Origin: a virus
Lineage: Duplodnaviria; Caudoviricetes
Length of the DNA: 55,988 bases
Strand: one strand, 5' to 3'
Virus record (IMG/VR): IMGVR_UViG_3300025141_000115
Coordinates: 1 to 55,988 of that record
Both the position numbers and the translations under genes were made by a program. Below, piece by piece: positions 17,800-25,306 of this stretch (position 1 is its first letter; every line of letters starts with the position of its first letter). Below the pieces are notes generated by a model, which saw nothing but the letters and a program-made list of their open reading frames with translations, ran no database searches and was not told the DNA's origin.

Positions 17800-17828
17800 A
17801 TCGTACCACATAATCCCATTAGAGTAAA
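17800..17828 (-). promoter_or_regulatory. Sigma70-like promoter
   Basis: TTTACT-17bp-TACGAT. Confidence 0.6.
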
Positions 17829-17890
17829 ACATTATTTTTTGCTATCGTGAGTTAGATATATGCTAACGGCTCGCGCCCAACCGCGAAGCT

Positions 17891-17980
17891 CTCGAGGATA
17901 ATATATATATATATAGTCCGTACCCGTCCTATAGTGGGCGGTTCATCGTCCGCTGCCAATAAGCCCGACCCGACCCGACA
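17891..17980. repeat. CCCGA element B
   Basis: ctcgaggataat-(AT)n-agtccgtacccgtcctatag..gtccgctgcca..(CCCGA)3. Confidence 0.9.
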
Positions 17981-17988
17981 TCGAGCAT

Positions 17989-18015
17989 AAAAAAAGGGCG
18001 CCCCGAAGGACGCCC
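17989..18015 (-). terminator. UUCG-tetraloop terminator (copy 2)
   Basis: Same hairpin as 17415-17441. Confidence 0.85.
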
Positions 18016-18037
18016 GTCAAGTTTGGGAGGTTAAACT

Positions 18038-18229
18038 CTAATCATATAGCATTGCCATTTCATCTTGCCAATGATCTTCGGCAGCGGTATCAACTGCATA
18101 GGCTGGGGTCATGCCATCATCAAAATAATCCCTCCAGTTTGCGTCCGGCATATCATGCAGACCTAACCCAAGTGTCGATTGTACAATGCTATCGCATTTA
18201 TTCATCCATTCCTTGAAATTCTTGTCCAT
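18038..18229 (-). CDS. Small acidic phage protein (DUF5419-like)
   Basis: FKEWM...GLGLHDMPDANWRDYFDDGMTP..A. Confidence 0.6.
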   Translation of the reverse strand: MDKNFKEWMNKCDSIVQSTLGLGLHDMPDANWRDYFDDGMTPAYAVDTAAEDHWQDEMAMLYD

Positions 18230-18375
18230 TAGAATAACTCCCATAAAATTGAAAGATAAGCGAGGGCGAATGCTCCCGCCAATACTTTAACGCAAACACC
18301 AAGGTGTCGCATCTTGCGATCCCATCGTTTAGCTTCCTGCCATGCATCGAACTCTCTTGTTAAATCTTGCATCAT
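18229..18375 (-). CDS. Small membrane protein (48 aa; not in ORF track)
   Basis: MMQDLTREFDAWQEAKRWDRKMRHLGVCVKVLAGAFALAYLSILWELF; overlaps both neighbours. Confidence 0.55.
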   Translation of the reverse strand: MMQDLTREFDAWQEAKRWDRKMRHLGVCVKVLAGAFALAYLSILWELF

Positions 18376-18596
18376 GAAACCCCCTTGTTAGGTAAGTGAA
18401 AAATATTACGAGCATTGGGATAATCCTCAAGCAAATCTTCTTCGCTATTATACAAGTCTTTGCTCATTGGTTTATCACCAGTTCCACCGCATTCGTAGCA
18501 ATCAATATCACGAGAACTAGGATCGTTAGGTTCACGGTCGGAAAGAACACCATCCCCTCCGCAATCAGGACAATCTACTCTAAAAAAATAAGTCAT
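18372..18596 (-). CDS. DnaJ-type zinc-finger small protein
   Basis: CPDCGGDG and CYECGGTG. Confidence 0.7.
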   Translation of the reverse strand: MTYFFRVDCPDCGGDGVLSDREPNDPSSRDIDCYECGGTGDKPMSKDLYNSEEDLLEDYPNARNIFHLPNKGVS

Positions 18597-18778
18597 TTTA
18601 TAACCTCTATTTTTGTATAATAATCCCCTTCACACCATTCAGCCCAGCCCTCACGCCAATCGCTCTTATCGTAAGGGGTAAATTCGTCAGAGTGGTCTCG
18701 GTTTATTTCTTCTAGAATTTCCCTGACCGACCACTTGAAAATCTTACCAGTTTCTATTTCTCTTATTTTGTATTTCAT
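18593..18778 (-). CDS. Hypothetical early protein
   Basis: SD gaaagg; ILEEINRDHSDE...DWREGW. Confidence 0.6.
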   Translation of the reverse strand: MKYKIREIETGKIFKWSVREILEEINRDHSDEFTPYDKSDWREGWAEWCEGDYYTKIEVIK

Positions 18779-18799
18779 TTTATAACCTTTCATTGTTTG

Positions 18800-18839
18800 T
18801 TGACTATTACAGTCTAATGGAATAATATGGGAGGGTCAA
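18800..18839. promoter_or_regulatory. Overlapping divergent sigma70-like promoters
   Basis: +: TTGACT-17-TAATAT (18800-18828); -: TTGACC-17-TAGACT (18839-18811); genes diverge here. Confidence 0.7.
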
Positions 18840-18861
18840 CAATTAAATGAGAGGATTAATC

Positions 18862-19134
18862 ATGAGTACAACGGATTACGAAAAATTCTTTTTTCTATAT
18901 GACGAAGGGATAAAACTAAATGATTTTCTGCAATGGGGATCTGCAAAGCAGGTCGCCAATGAAAATGCCATAGTTCTTGAAGCTGAACGGATAGCCAAGG
19001 AACAAGGGCGTTCTGAGGAATTGCAAAAGCTTTTCGATAAATGCGACAAAGCGACCGCGGACGAATGTCTAGAATGGCTATTGGATTTCTTTGGTATAAG
19101 AGAGAAATTTTATTCTCTAGATGGGGAGGATTAA
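18862..19134 (+). CDS. Hypothetical early protein
   Basis: SD gagagg, MSTTDY start. Confidence 0.6.
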   Translation: MSTTDYEKFFFLYDEGIKLNDFLQWGSAKQVANENAIVLEAERIAKEQGRSEELQKLFDKCDKATADECLEWLLDFFGIREKFYSLDGED

Positions 19135-19136
19135 TC

Positions 19137-19559
19137 ATGAGTACAAGAGCAGTTTATTCTTTTTACGGAAGCAGTCCAGTGGTTCACGTTTACAAGCACT
19201 GGGACAATTATCCATCTATGGGCGTTCGGTTTATTCATAACGCCCTAGACTATGCGTGGAAATTGCCACGCTATGAGAACGATGAATTTTCCGGAGCATT
19301 TGTGGGCGCGAATAAAGATAAGCGCAGATCAGATAGGGATGGCGGTGGCATTCGTTTGATTAGTGGAGATTTGCAGCCATGGGAATTTTCAAGTGATAGT
19401 CAATACTGGTACAAGATCAGGCGGGAGAAATCCGGTCTTGATCTCAACATTGAAATCTTTGAAACAAATTGGTTAAACGGAACTAACAGAAATAAAATAA
19501 CATGGCATGGTAGTTTGACTGATGCGCTCGAGGATTTTCCAATGAGGATTTCCTGCTAG
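19137..19559 (+). CDS. Conserved phage hypothetical protein
   Basis: MSTRA...VYKHWDNYP pattern; SD ggagg. Confidence 0.65.
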   Translation: MSTRAVYSFYGSSPVVHVYKHWDNYPSMGVRFIHNALDYAWKLPRYENDEFSGAFVGANKDKRRSDRDGGGIRLISGDLQPWEFSSDSQYWYKIRREKSGLDLNIEIFETNWLNGTNRNKITWHGSLTDALEDFPMRISC

Positions 19560-19599
19560 CTTCAGAATATGTAATCAACAAATAAAGAAAGGGAAACTG

Positions 19600-19626
19600 C
19601 GGAGCCGGCTTGGCTCCGTTTTTTTA
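19600..19626 (+). terminator. Rho-independent terminator
   Basis: cggagcc-ggctt-ggctccg + ttttttt. Confidence 0.8.
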
Positions 19627-19627
19627 T

Positions 19628-19784
19628 GTCCGCTGCCATTGGCTGGCCCCAGTCGCTCGAGGATAATAATATATTATTATATAGTACGTACCCGTCCTAT
19701 AGGGGCGCGACCCATTGAAGCCCGACCCGACCCGAACCCGACCCGAACCCGAACCCGACCCGACCAACAACCAAGCCCGACCGA
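19628..19784. repeat. CCCGA element C
   Basis: gtccgctgcca; ctcgagg + 18-bp palindrome ataataatatattattat; agtacgtacccgtcctatag; eight tandem CCCGA(A) units from 19721. Confidence 0.9.
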
Positions 19785-19800
19785 TACTAATAATATTTTA

Positions 19801-19829
19801 TTGACCATGGTAATGCATGGTGATATATT
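19801..19829 (+). promoter_or_regulatory. Sigma70-like promoter
   Basis: TTGACC-17bp-TATATT. Confidence 0.7.
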
Positions 19830-19863
19830 GAACGGGTCAATAACTTTTAACGGAGAATTTACA

Positions 19864-20607
19864 ATGATACAATTTAAACGTTTCTTTTCTACTGATTCCG
19901 CCAAAGCAATTAAAGCGGATAAATACGGATATCTAAACGGTATTAATTATATGGCGCCTCATACTACGGGCGGAGCTTTTGATTTATGCGGGAAGTCTTC
20001 CGCAGGTTGTCGGTCGCTATGTTTAGGTTTCTATTCCGGTCAAGCAGCCATGGTTAAAGATTTAGAGAACGGGACTAATAGCGTCCGTGATTCCCGTGTT
20101 CGTAAAGCACAATACTTTATGAACGACCGCCACGCATTTATGGCGGAAATGGTCGGGCATATATCCAAGCTTATTAAAACCGCTAAACGTAAAGATAAAA
20201 AGTTATGCGTTCGTTTAAACGGGTCAACGGACCTTGCGTTTGAATCTATGAAAATCAAACAGACTAATAATAAAACGGTTGCGGATTTATTCCCGCATAC
20301 TCAATTCGTAGATTATACCAAACATTTAAAACGGTTACTTAACAAAAACCGTCCGGCCAATTATCATTTGACCTTTAGTTTATCGGAAGAAAACAAGGCA
20401 GAAGCCAAAAAAGCTTTGAAGCTTGGTTTTAATGTCGCGGTTGTTTTCGGTCACGGGTTGCCAAAAGAATATTTAGGTTACCCAGTAATTGACGGGACGG
20501 AACACGATTTACGCCATCTTGACCCAAAGGGCGTAATTGTCGGTCTTGACCCAAAAGGGGCGAAAGCCAAAAACGATGAAACTGGTTTTGTAGTAAGGGA
20601 TTATTAA
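19864..20607 (+). CDS. GP88-like Cys-cluster (radical-SAM-like) protein; start reassigned to MIQFKR
   Basis: C-x6-C-x3-C, VRLNGSTD, QFVDYTK, NYHLTFS, IDGTEHDLR; SD ggaga. Confidence 0.7.
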   Translation: MIQFKRFFSTDSAKAIKADKYGYLNGINYMAPHTTGGAFDLCGKSSAGCRSLCLGFYSGQAAMVKDLENGTNSVRDSRVRKAQYFMNDRHAFMAEMVGHISKLIKTAKRKDKKLCVRLNGSTDLAFESMKIKQTNNKTVADLFPHTQFVDYTKHLKRLLNKNRPANYHLTFSLSEENKAEAKKALKLGFNVAVVFGHGLPKEYLGYPVIDGTEHDLRHLDPKGVIVGLDPKGAKAKNDETGFVVRDY

Positions 20608-20609
20608 AA

Positions 20610-20774
20610 ATGGAAAATTTATTTGAAGAACTATTGCCAGAAATAGAAGAGATTGCCCAAGCTTTGGGCGTCTCTTACAATCGGGCGGAGAAAATACAGG
20701 ACGTTGTTCTAGAAGCTTGCGTTAAGAGTGAGGGCAACTATGTCGGAAACGGATTTATTGTTGAGAGGTTTTAG
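20610..20774 (+). CDS. Small HTH-like protein (54 aa; not in ORF track)
   Basis: MENLFEELLPEIEEIAQALGVSYNRAEKIQ... Confidence 0.5.
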   Translation: MENLFEELLPEIEEIAQALGVSYNRAEKIQDVVLEACVKSEGNYVGNGFIVERF

Positions 20775-20776
20775 AA

Positions 20777-21022
20777 ATGAAAAAAATATTAAAAAACAAA
20801 ACGGAAGCGGACGCCATAGCAGAAACAGCGGACGGTTTACTCGATAATATGGCGGAGGACGGTTTGCAACAATCCAATAATTTCGAGGATATGGAAAGTG
20901 TTCGCGATTTGATAAGAGAAGTAAAAACTTTTCCGCATACTTTAGAGTTTCATACTGGAGAAGAGTATCAATTTGAAGTAGCCAAAGAACAAGCTTTCGA
21001 TTTTAGAGCGGACGGTTGTTGA
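20777..21022 (+). CDS. Hypothetical acidic protein
   Basis: SD gagagg; operon continuity. Confidence 0.55.
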   Translation: MKKILKNKTEADAIAETADGLLDNMAEDGLQQSNNFEDMESVRDLIREVKTFPHTLEFHTGEEYQFEVAKEQAFDFRADGC

Positions 21023-21071
21023 CACTCCAAAGTAGTCCGCTCACGGACCTGCGGTCTCCGCTGCAGGTCCA

Positions 21072-21120
21072 ATTTTCCGCCCAACCGTCTTATTTCCTTT
21101 CAACGGTTGGGCGGATTTTC
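21072..21120. terminator. Bidirectional terminator-like hairpin between convergent genes
   Basis: tccgcccaaccg...cggttgggcgga stem. Confidence 0.6.
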
Positions 21121-21665
21121 TATACCCCAGGCCCTGGCCAGGTGCCTCGAACCCGTCCATCGAGGCCGACCCCTCCACCGTCCACGGACACCGACCCGAC
21201 CCCCGACCCGACCAACCCCGACCCGACCCGATGGGGCCTGTCTTCCCCGACCCGACCCCGACTGATCCCGATCAATGACCCGACCAACCCCGACCAATCG
21301 TCCCCCGACCAGAGGCAAGGGGCCACGGTTCCCGAACCATTGGCGTGTAAGCCGTGGGTCACCAACTCCCGACCATGATCCCCGCCAAACAAATATAGGT
21401 TAGGGGACAAGAGGGGGTGTACCAAGAAAAAACTTACCCCTCCAGATTTATAATGGGCGTAATTCCAAGCAACTTGATGGGATGAGATATTTATTCGGTT
21501 AGTTTTGGTTACTTTAAGTTCAATCCAGAAAGAACAACCTTCCGCACATATATATACGTCAGGAATGCCACCGCCATAACGGTTTTCAATTCTTGTTACT
21601 TGCCAGTGAAGGGGAATCTTTTCTTTCAATCTGTTCCAAAACAGTGTCTCTGGTTTTTGTGTCAT
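21120..21665 (-). CDS. Holliday junction resolvase / VRR-NUC-like PD-(D/E)XK nuclease
   Basis: RIEN..GGGIPDV...FWIELK...HQVAW; Gly-rich tail reads through repeats. Confidence 0.8.
   Translation of the reverse strand: MTQKPETLFWNRLKEKIPLHWQVTRIENRYGGGIPDVYICAEGCSFWIELKVTKTNRINISSHQVAWNYAHYKSGGVSFFLVHPLLSPNLYLFGGDHGRELVTHGLHANGSGTVAPCLWSGDDWSGLVGSLIGISRGRVGEDRPHRVGSGLVGSGVGSVSVDGGGVGLDGRVRGTWPGPGV
21160..21375. repeat. CCCGA element D (largest cluster)
   Basis: More than a dozen CCCGA/CCCCGA units, all same strand. Confidence 0.9.
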
Positions 21666-22176
21666 TTAAGACCTCATAGTCTGCATCCGTAAAAATATTA
21701 GGATGATTTTGTCTAAGTTCTTTTAAACGGTTTTCTATTTCATCACGGTTCATATTTTCAATAGCATGAAAGTGACTTGTCTCGCGTCTATCAGTAGTAA
21801 GACCCCCCAGAGCACTTCGCGTTTTTTCAGCGTTAATTGCAGCAGAGAAATGTCCCGCTTCTTCCGCTCCGATAGAAAGTTCAGTAAGTCTTTTTAATTG
21901 TCCTAAAAGAGTAACTCCATATTTCTTTTCTCTATCCTCTCTAAGTTCCGAAATATAATCAGCAACATGGGGAAACAAACTAACGTCCAAAAGTTTATGT
22001 GCTTGGACCTTGGCACAGTCAGAAGCGTAACCTGCAAGTCTGGCACATTCCGCATTACTATGCGTACCATCAACAAAATGTCTGGCAAATTCTTTTTGTC
22101 GGTTGGTCAGTTTCCTGCCGTGAGTTTCTTCAATCTCTTCGGCTCTAGTCTCAATCTTTCTTTTCATGTTCTCCAT
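21586..22176 (-). CDS. terS: Terminase small subunit
   Basis: LTNRQKEFARHFV..SNAECARLAGY HTH; FSAAINAE. Confidence 0.8.
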   Translation of the reverse strand: MENMKRKIETRAEEIEETHGRKLTNRQKEFARHFVDGTHSNAECARLAGYASDCAKVQAHKLLDVSLFPHVADYISELREDREKKYGVTLLGQLKRLTELSIGAEEAGHFSAAINAEKTRSALGGLTTDRRETSHFHAIENMNRDEIENRLKELRQNHPNIFTDADYEVLNDTKTRDTVLEQIERKDSPSLASNKN

Positions 22177-22245
22177 CCTATATACTAGCGTTTAACAATT
22201 AAAGTTTTTTTTTTACAAAATTCAAAAGGTGGCGGATCAGTAAAG

Positions 22246-22366
22246 TGTAACGGATAGACCCTTTTTGTAACGAAGTGTAACGTGATTGTAACGAGTAAAA
22301 ATTCCTACAATGGACAGTGGTCAATGGTTACAGAGCAACAAAACTTTTTTCGTTACACTTTTACAC
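22246..22366. repeat. TGTAACG iteron-like cluster
   Basis: Direct copies at 22246, 22266, 22276, 22287; inverted at 22327, 22351, 22361. Confidence 0.85.
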
Positions 22367-22438
22367 TTTTTTATAAATTTTTTTCACTTTTCAAAAACTT
22401 TTTCTTCAGATGCCAGTATATAGGGATTAGGAAGAAAC

Positions 22439-22467
22439 TTGCGTTATTCCATGTAATATGGTAGCTT
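22439..22467 (+). promoter_or_regulatory. Sigma70-like promoter
   Basis: TTGCGT-17bp-TAGCTT upstream of SD gaaaggag. Confidence 0.55.
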
Positions 22468-22498
22468 ACATAATCACACAAACATAGAAAGGAGAAAT

Positions 22499-22909
22499 GT
22501 GATGGAAAGATTTACTAAAGGTGATCTAAAAGTAATCAGAGTGGCGATCAATACGGCACTTCGAGAAGTTGAAGAAGCTCATGGTATCAAGCTCAACATA
22601 GGCAACATATCATTTGATGACACTACGTTTCGCACAAAATTGGAAGCGTCCATTGTCAATGAATCTGGTGTCGTTGAGGACAGACAGCGTACAGATTTCA
22701 CAAAATACGCGACTATGTATGATCTCAATCCTGAGTGGTTAGACAAAGAAATCGTTCTTGGCGATGACACATTTACTGTCACGGGTTTAAATACCAAAGC
22801 TTCCAAGAATGTTGTTCGCATTGAAAAGGAAAATGGGGATATACATATATGCCCCGCAAAAAACCTGATACATTATTTCAATAATAATATTCGTGTTAAG
22901 GTTGCATAA
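22499..22909 (+). CDS. Hypothetical protein
   Basis: Strong SD; first gene of rightward operon. Confidence 0.65.
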   Translation: MMERFTKGDLKVIRVAINTALREVEEAHGIKLNIGNISFDDTTFRTKLEASIVNESGVVEDRQRTDFTKYATMYDLNPEWLDKEIVLGDDTFTVTGLNTKASKNVVRIEKENGDIHICPAKNLIHYFNNNIRVKVA

Positions 22910-22954
22910 CTAACGGGGGGTTCACGCCCCCCACTTCCTTGAAAGGGAAACATC

Positions 22955-23716
22955 ATGATAAAAGATCACGTTATTTCATTATACGATTACACGGGGGAAG
23001 CATTGCGTCCATGGGCAGAGGCCGGATATCAATGTTTCGCTTACGACATTCAACATAAGCCAAGCCCGATGGGTGAATTGGAACCCGCAAGCGGTATTGC
23101 TTTTAAGGGCAAAGGTCATATTTTCAAGATCCATGCTGATCTTTATGACGAAAGCGTTCTTATGAAAATCGCGGGGCGTCACATGAACAATGCAAAATTC
23201 CTATCTGCGTTCCCTCCATGCACCGACCTGAGTTCAGCGGGTGCGAGATGGTGGAAGGACAAAGAAAAGGAAAATCCTTTGTTTCAGGTATTCGCCCGAC
23301 ATAATGTTGTGGCTTGTCAGCACTTGGCAGACACTTTGGACTGTCGTTATTATATAGAAAATCCAGTGGGGGCATTGAGCACTTTATGGCGTAAACCGAA
23401 CCACACTTTTAACCCATGTGATTACGGTGGTTATTTGCCGGAAGATGATGTTCATCCTCAGTATCCAGATTACATCCCTCCCCGTGACGCCTATAGAAAG
23501 AAGACTTGTCTATGGTCGGGGAACCGTTTTCAAATGCCAGAAATTAACCCCGTTCAGTATGAGACACTTGTATACGAGCGGAAAGACCCCACCAAAAGTG
23601 GGAACTTCTCACCCGTCCATGGTCGCACGGGTGGTAAATCACTGAAGACCAAAAACATTCGTTCGGCAACGCCCCGTGGTTTTGCCAGAGCGGTGTTCAA
23701 ACACAATAGTCATTAG
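22955..23716 (+). CDS. Phage Dcm-like C5 cytosine methyltransferase (divergent)
   Basis: ISLYD.TG, AFPPCTDL (catalytic PC), IENPVG, KKTCLW, RSATPRGFA. Confidence 0.75.
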   Translation: MIKDHVISLYDYTGEALRPWAEAGYQCFAYDIQHKPSPMGELEPASGIAFKGKGHIFKIHADLYDESVLMKIAGRHMNNAKFLSAFPPCTDLSSAGARWWKDKEKENPLFQVFARHNVVACQHLADTLDCRYYIENPVGALSTLWRKPNHTFNPCDYGGYLPEDDVHPQYPDYIPPRDAYRKKTCLWSGNRFQMPEINPVQYETLVYERKDPTKSGNFSPVHGRTGGKSLKTKNIRSATPRGFARAVFKHNSH

Positions 23717-23730
23717 AAAGGAGAAATCAA

Positions 23731-23976
23731 ATGGCGATAGCAAAACCAACTTCTAAGAAACGTAAACCTTACGGTAAACGTCAGAAGACTTACTATTGGG
23801 ATTGGAAGACAAGGTTAAACGCTGAACAGTACATCGAAAAGCTTTGCGGTGTATTGGAAAGTCCCTTGGATTCCATGTACCAAATGGATGGCAACATGAT
23901 GATTTCCGACTATCACGAATTGATTAGTGGGTTACATCATATCCGCAACCGCAATGAGAAACCTAGTCGTGGTTGA
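23731..23976 (+). CDS. Hypothetical protein
   Basis: SD gaaaggag. Confidence 0.6.
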   Translation: MAIAKPTSKKRKPYGKRQKTYYWDWKTRLNAEQYIEKLCGVLESPLDSMYQMDGNMMISDYHELISGLHHIRNRNEKPSRG

Positions 23977-24193
23977 GGTAATCAACATTGGTGATAAGTG
24001 CGTAGAGTGCGGTGAAGACACCGCATTCGGCACTGGAAAGTTCATCAATCGTGTCTGTGCTGAAGTTCAGGAAAGTGTGGATCATGATAGGATTGAGGGA
24101 TATATGTGCGGTGATTGCTTATCCAAAGCGGAAGAGGAGTGGGCGGAATGTTCTGAAGCGGAAGAGGAGTTTGAGAAATGCATATCCATATAG
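23954..24193 (+). CDS. Zinc-finger protein, paralog 1 (start uncertain)
   Basis: CVECGEDTAFGTGKFINR...YMCGDC. Confidence 0.6.
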   Translation: MRNLVVVEVINIGDKCVECGEDTAFGTGKFINRVCAEVQESVDHDRIEGYMCGDCLSKAEEEWAECSEAEEEFEKCISI

Positions 24194-24546
24194 ATAATAA
24201 ATGTGTAGAGTGCGGTGAGGACACCGCATTCGGCACTAAAAAATTCATCAATCGCATTCCAGTAGACCATCCGGCCTATGAAATATGGGCAAAGGATAAA
24301 CAATATATGTGTGGTCATTGCGTTTCCGAAGCTGATGAAGAGTGGCCTCTTTTTCATGAGGGGATTTCCCCCGTCAGGGAAATGAAAATCAAGATGGCAC
24401 AGAAACTTGTCCGGCAAGCTGTTGAAACCTATGCGGAAGAAGCACGGGGCAACGGTATGTCGGTTTCTGATTATTTTGATTTGAAACAAGCAATGGAAAG
24501 CATTGATGAATTAATTCTTAGATATACGGAAGGAGATGATGAATGA
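24178..24546 (+). CDS. Zinc-finger protein, paralog 2
   Basis: CVECGEDTAFGTKKFINR...YMCGHC. Confidence 0.6.
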   Translation: MHIHIDNKCVECGEDTAFGTKKFINRIPVDHPAYEIWAKDKQYMCGHCVSEADEEWPLFHEGISPVREMKIKMAQKLVRQAVETYAEEARGNGMSVSDYFDLKQAMESIDELILRYTEGDDE

Positions 24547-24851
24547 GTAAAATGAGTCAACTCGCTCATGAGATGGATGAGTGCAATACATTTTCAGCAT
24601 GGTCAGCGGACGGTAAAACCGAAGTCCAACTGGAAGCCCCAATCAATCCTGATAGACTTGATCAGGGGAACTACATCAACAATTCAGACACTGTTGTCGA
24701 TGAAAGAGTTGATGTGGACGATTACCCGATTGACGGCTCAATATGTTTTCTTGAACCGCATGAAATCCACACAATACATTTCCTCAGTGAGAACACTGAT
24801 GATGAGTACGACAGGAATGTTCTTAAAAAACTTTATGAGAGGATCAAGTAA
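24543..24851 (+). CDS. Hypothetical acidic protein
   Basis: ATGA coupling, SD aaggag. Confidence 0.55.
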   Translation: MSKMSQLAHEMDECNTFSAWSADGKTEVQLEAPINPDRLDQGNYINNSDTVVDERVDVDDYPIDGSICFLEPHEIHTIHFLSENTDDEYDRNVLKKLYERIK

Positions 24852-25246
24852 TGGTGGGTATTCTCAGGGAGTCCACCTTACTGTCTTCTTTAGAAGACAT
24901 CGTGGGTCAAATGCAGATGGGTAAGCTTGATGATCAACAAGTTCATGACATTCTTTCTAACGTTACAAACCCGTATCCTCAAGATTTCGGAAAACCAAAC
25001 AAGGAAGAAAGTTCTGGAGGTGCTATCTGTTATTTAACAGAAGGTGAATTGGATCTCCTTTGTTTTCTCAGTGACAAGCGTTCCGATGAGCCACGAGATA
25101 TGGCAGTGCTTGATTCTTTAGAAAGTTTTTTAGACGATCTTAAAAGGGTTATCAAGAATGTGAAGTTAGACACGGAACGGGTTATTCATGACGATGAAAG
25201 AGAAGAGCTTAAAAAAATTTGGGAAAGGGCAAGAAAATGGGATTAG
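24851..25246 (+). CDS. Hypothetical acidic protein
   Basis: TAATG coupling; ICYLTEGELDLLCFLS resembles ICFLEPHEIHTIHFLS of previous ORF. Confidence 0.55.
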   Translation: MVGILRESTLLSSLEDIVGQMQMGKLDDQQVHDILSNVTNPYPQDFGKPNKEESSGGAICYLTEGELDLLCFLSDKRSDEPRDMAVLDSLESFLDDLKRVIKNVKLDTERVIHDDEREELKKIWERARKWD

Positions 25247-25306
25247 AATATTATCTGTTAGTGTTTCTTGGTGGAGCAGTTTTAGTTCTGCTGCAGAATT
25301 TATAAA

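Noticed and set aside
19639-19863. N-terminal 75 aa of the 322-aa ORF
   Set aside because: Translates repeat element C and a promoter; real start is ATG 19864 with SD
21016-21378. Pro-rich + strand ORF and 21100-21318 minus ORF
   Set aside because: Stop-free by virtue of CCCGA repeats; no SD; overlaps resolvase
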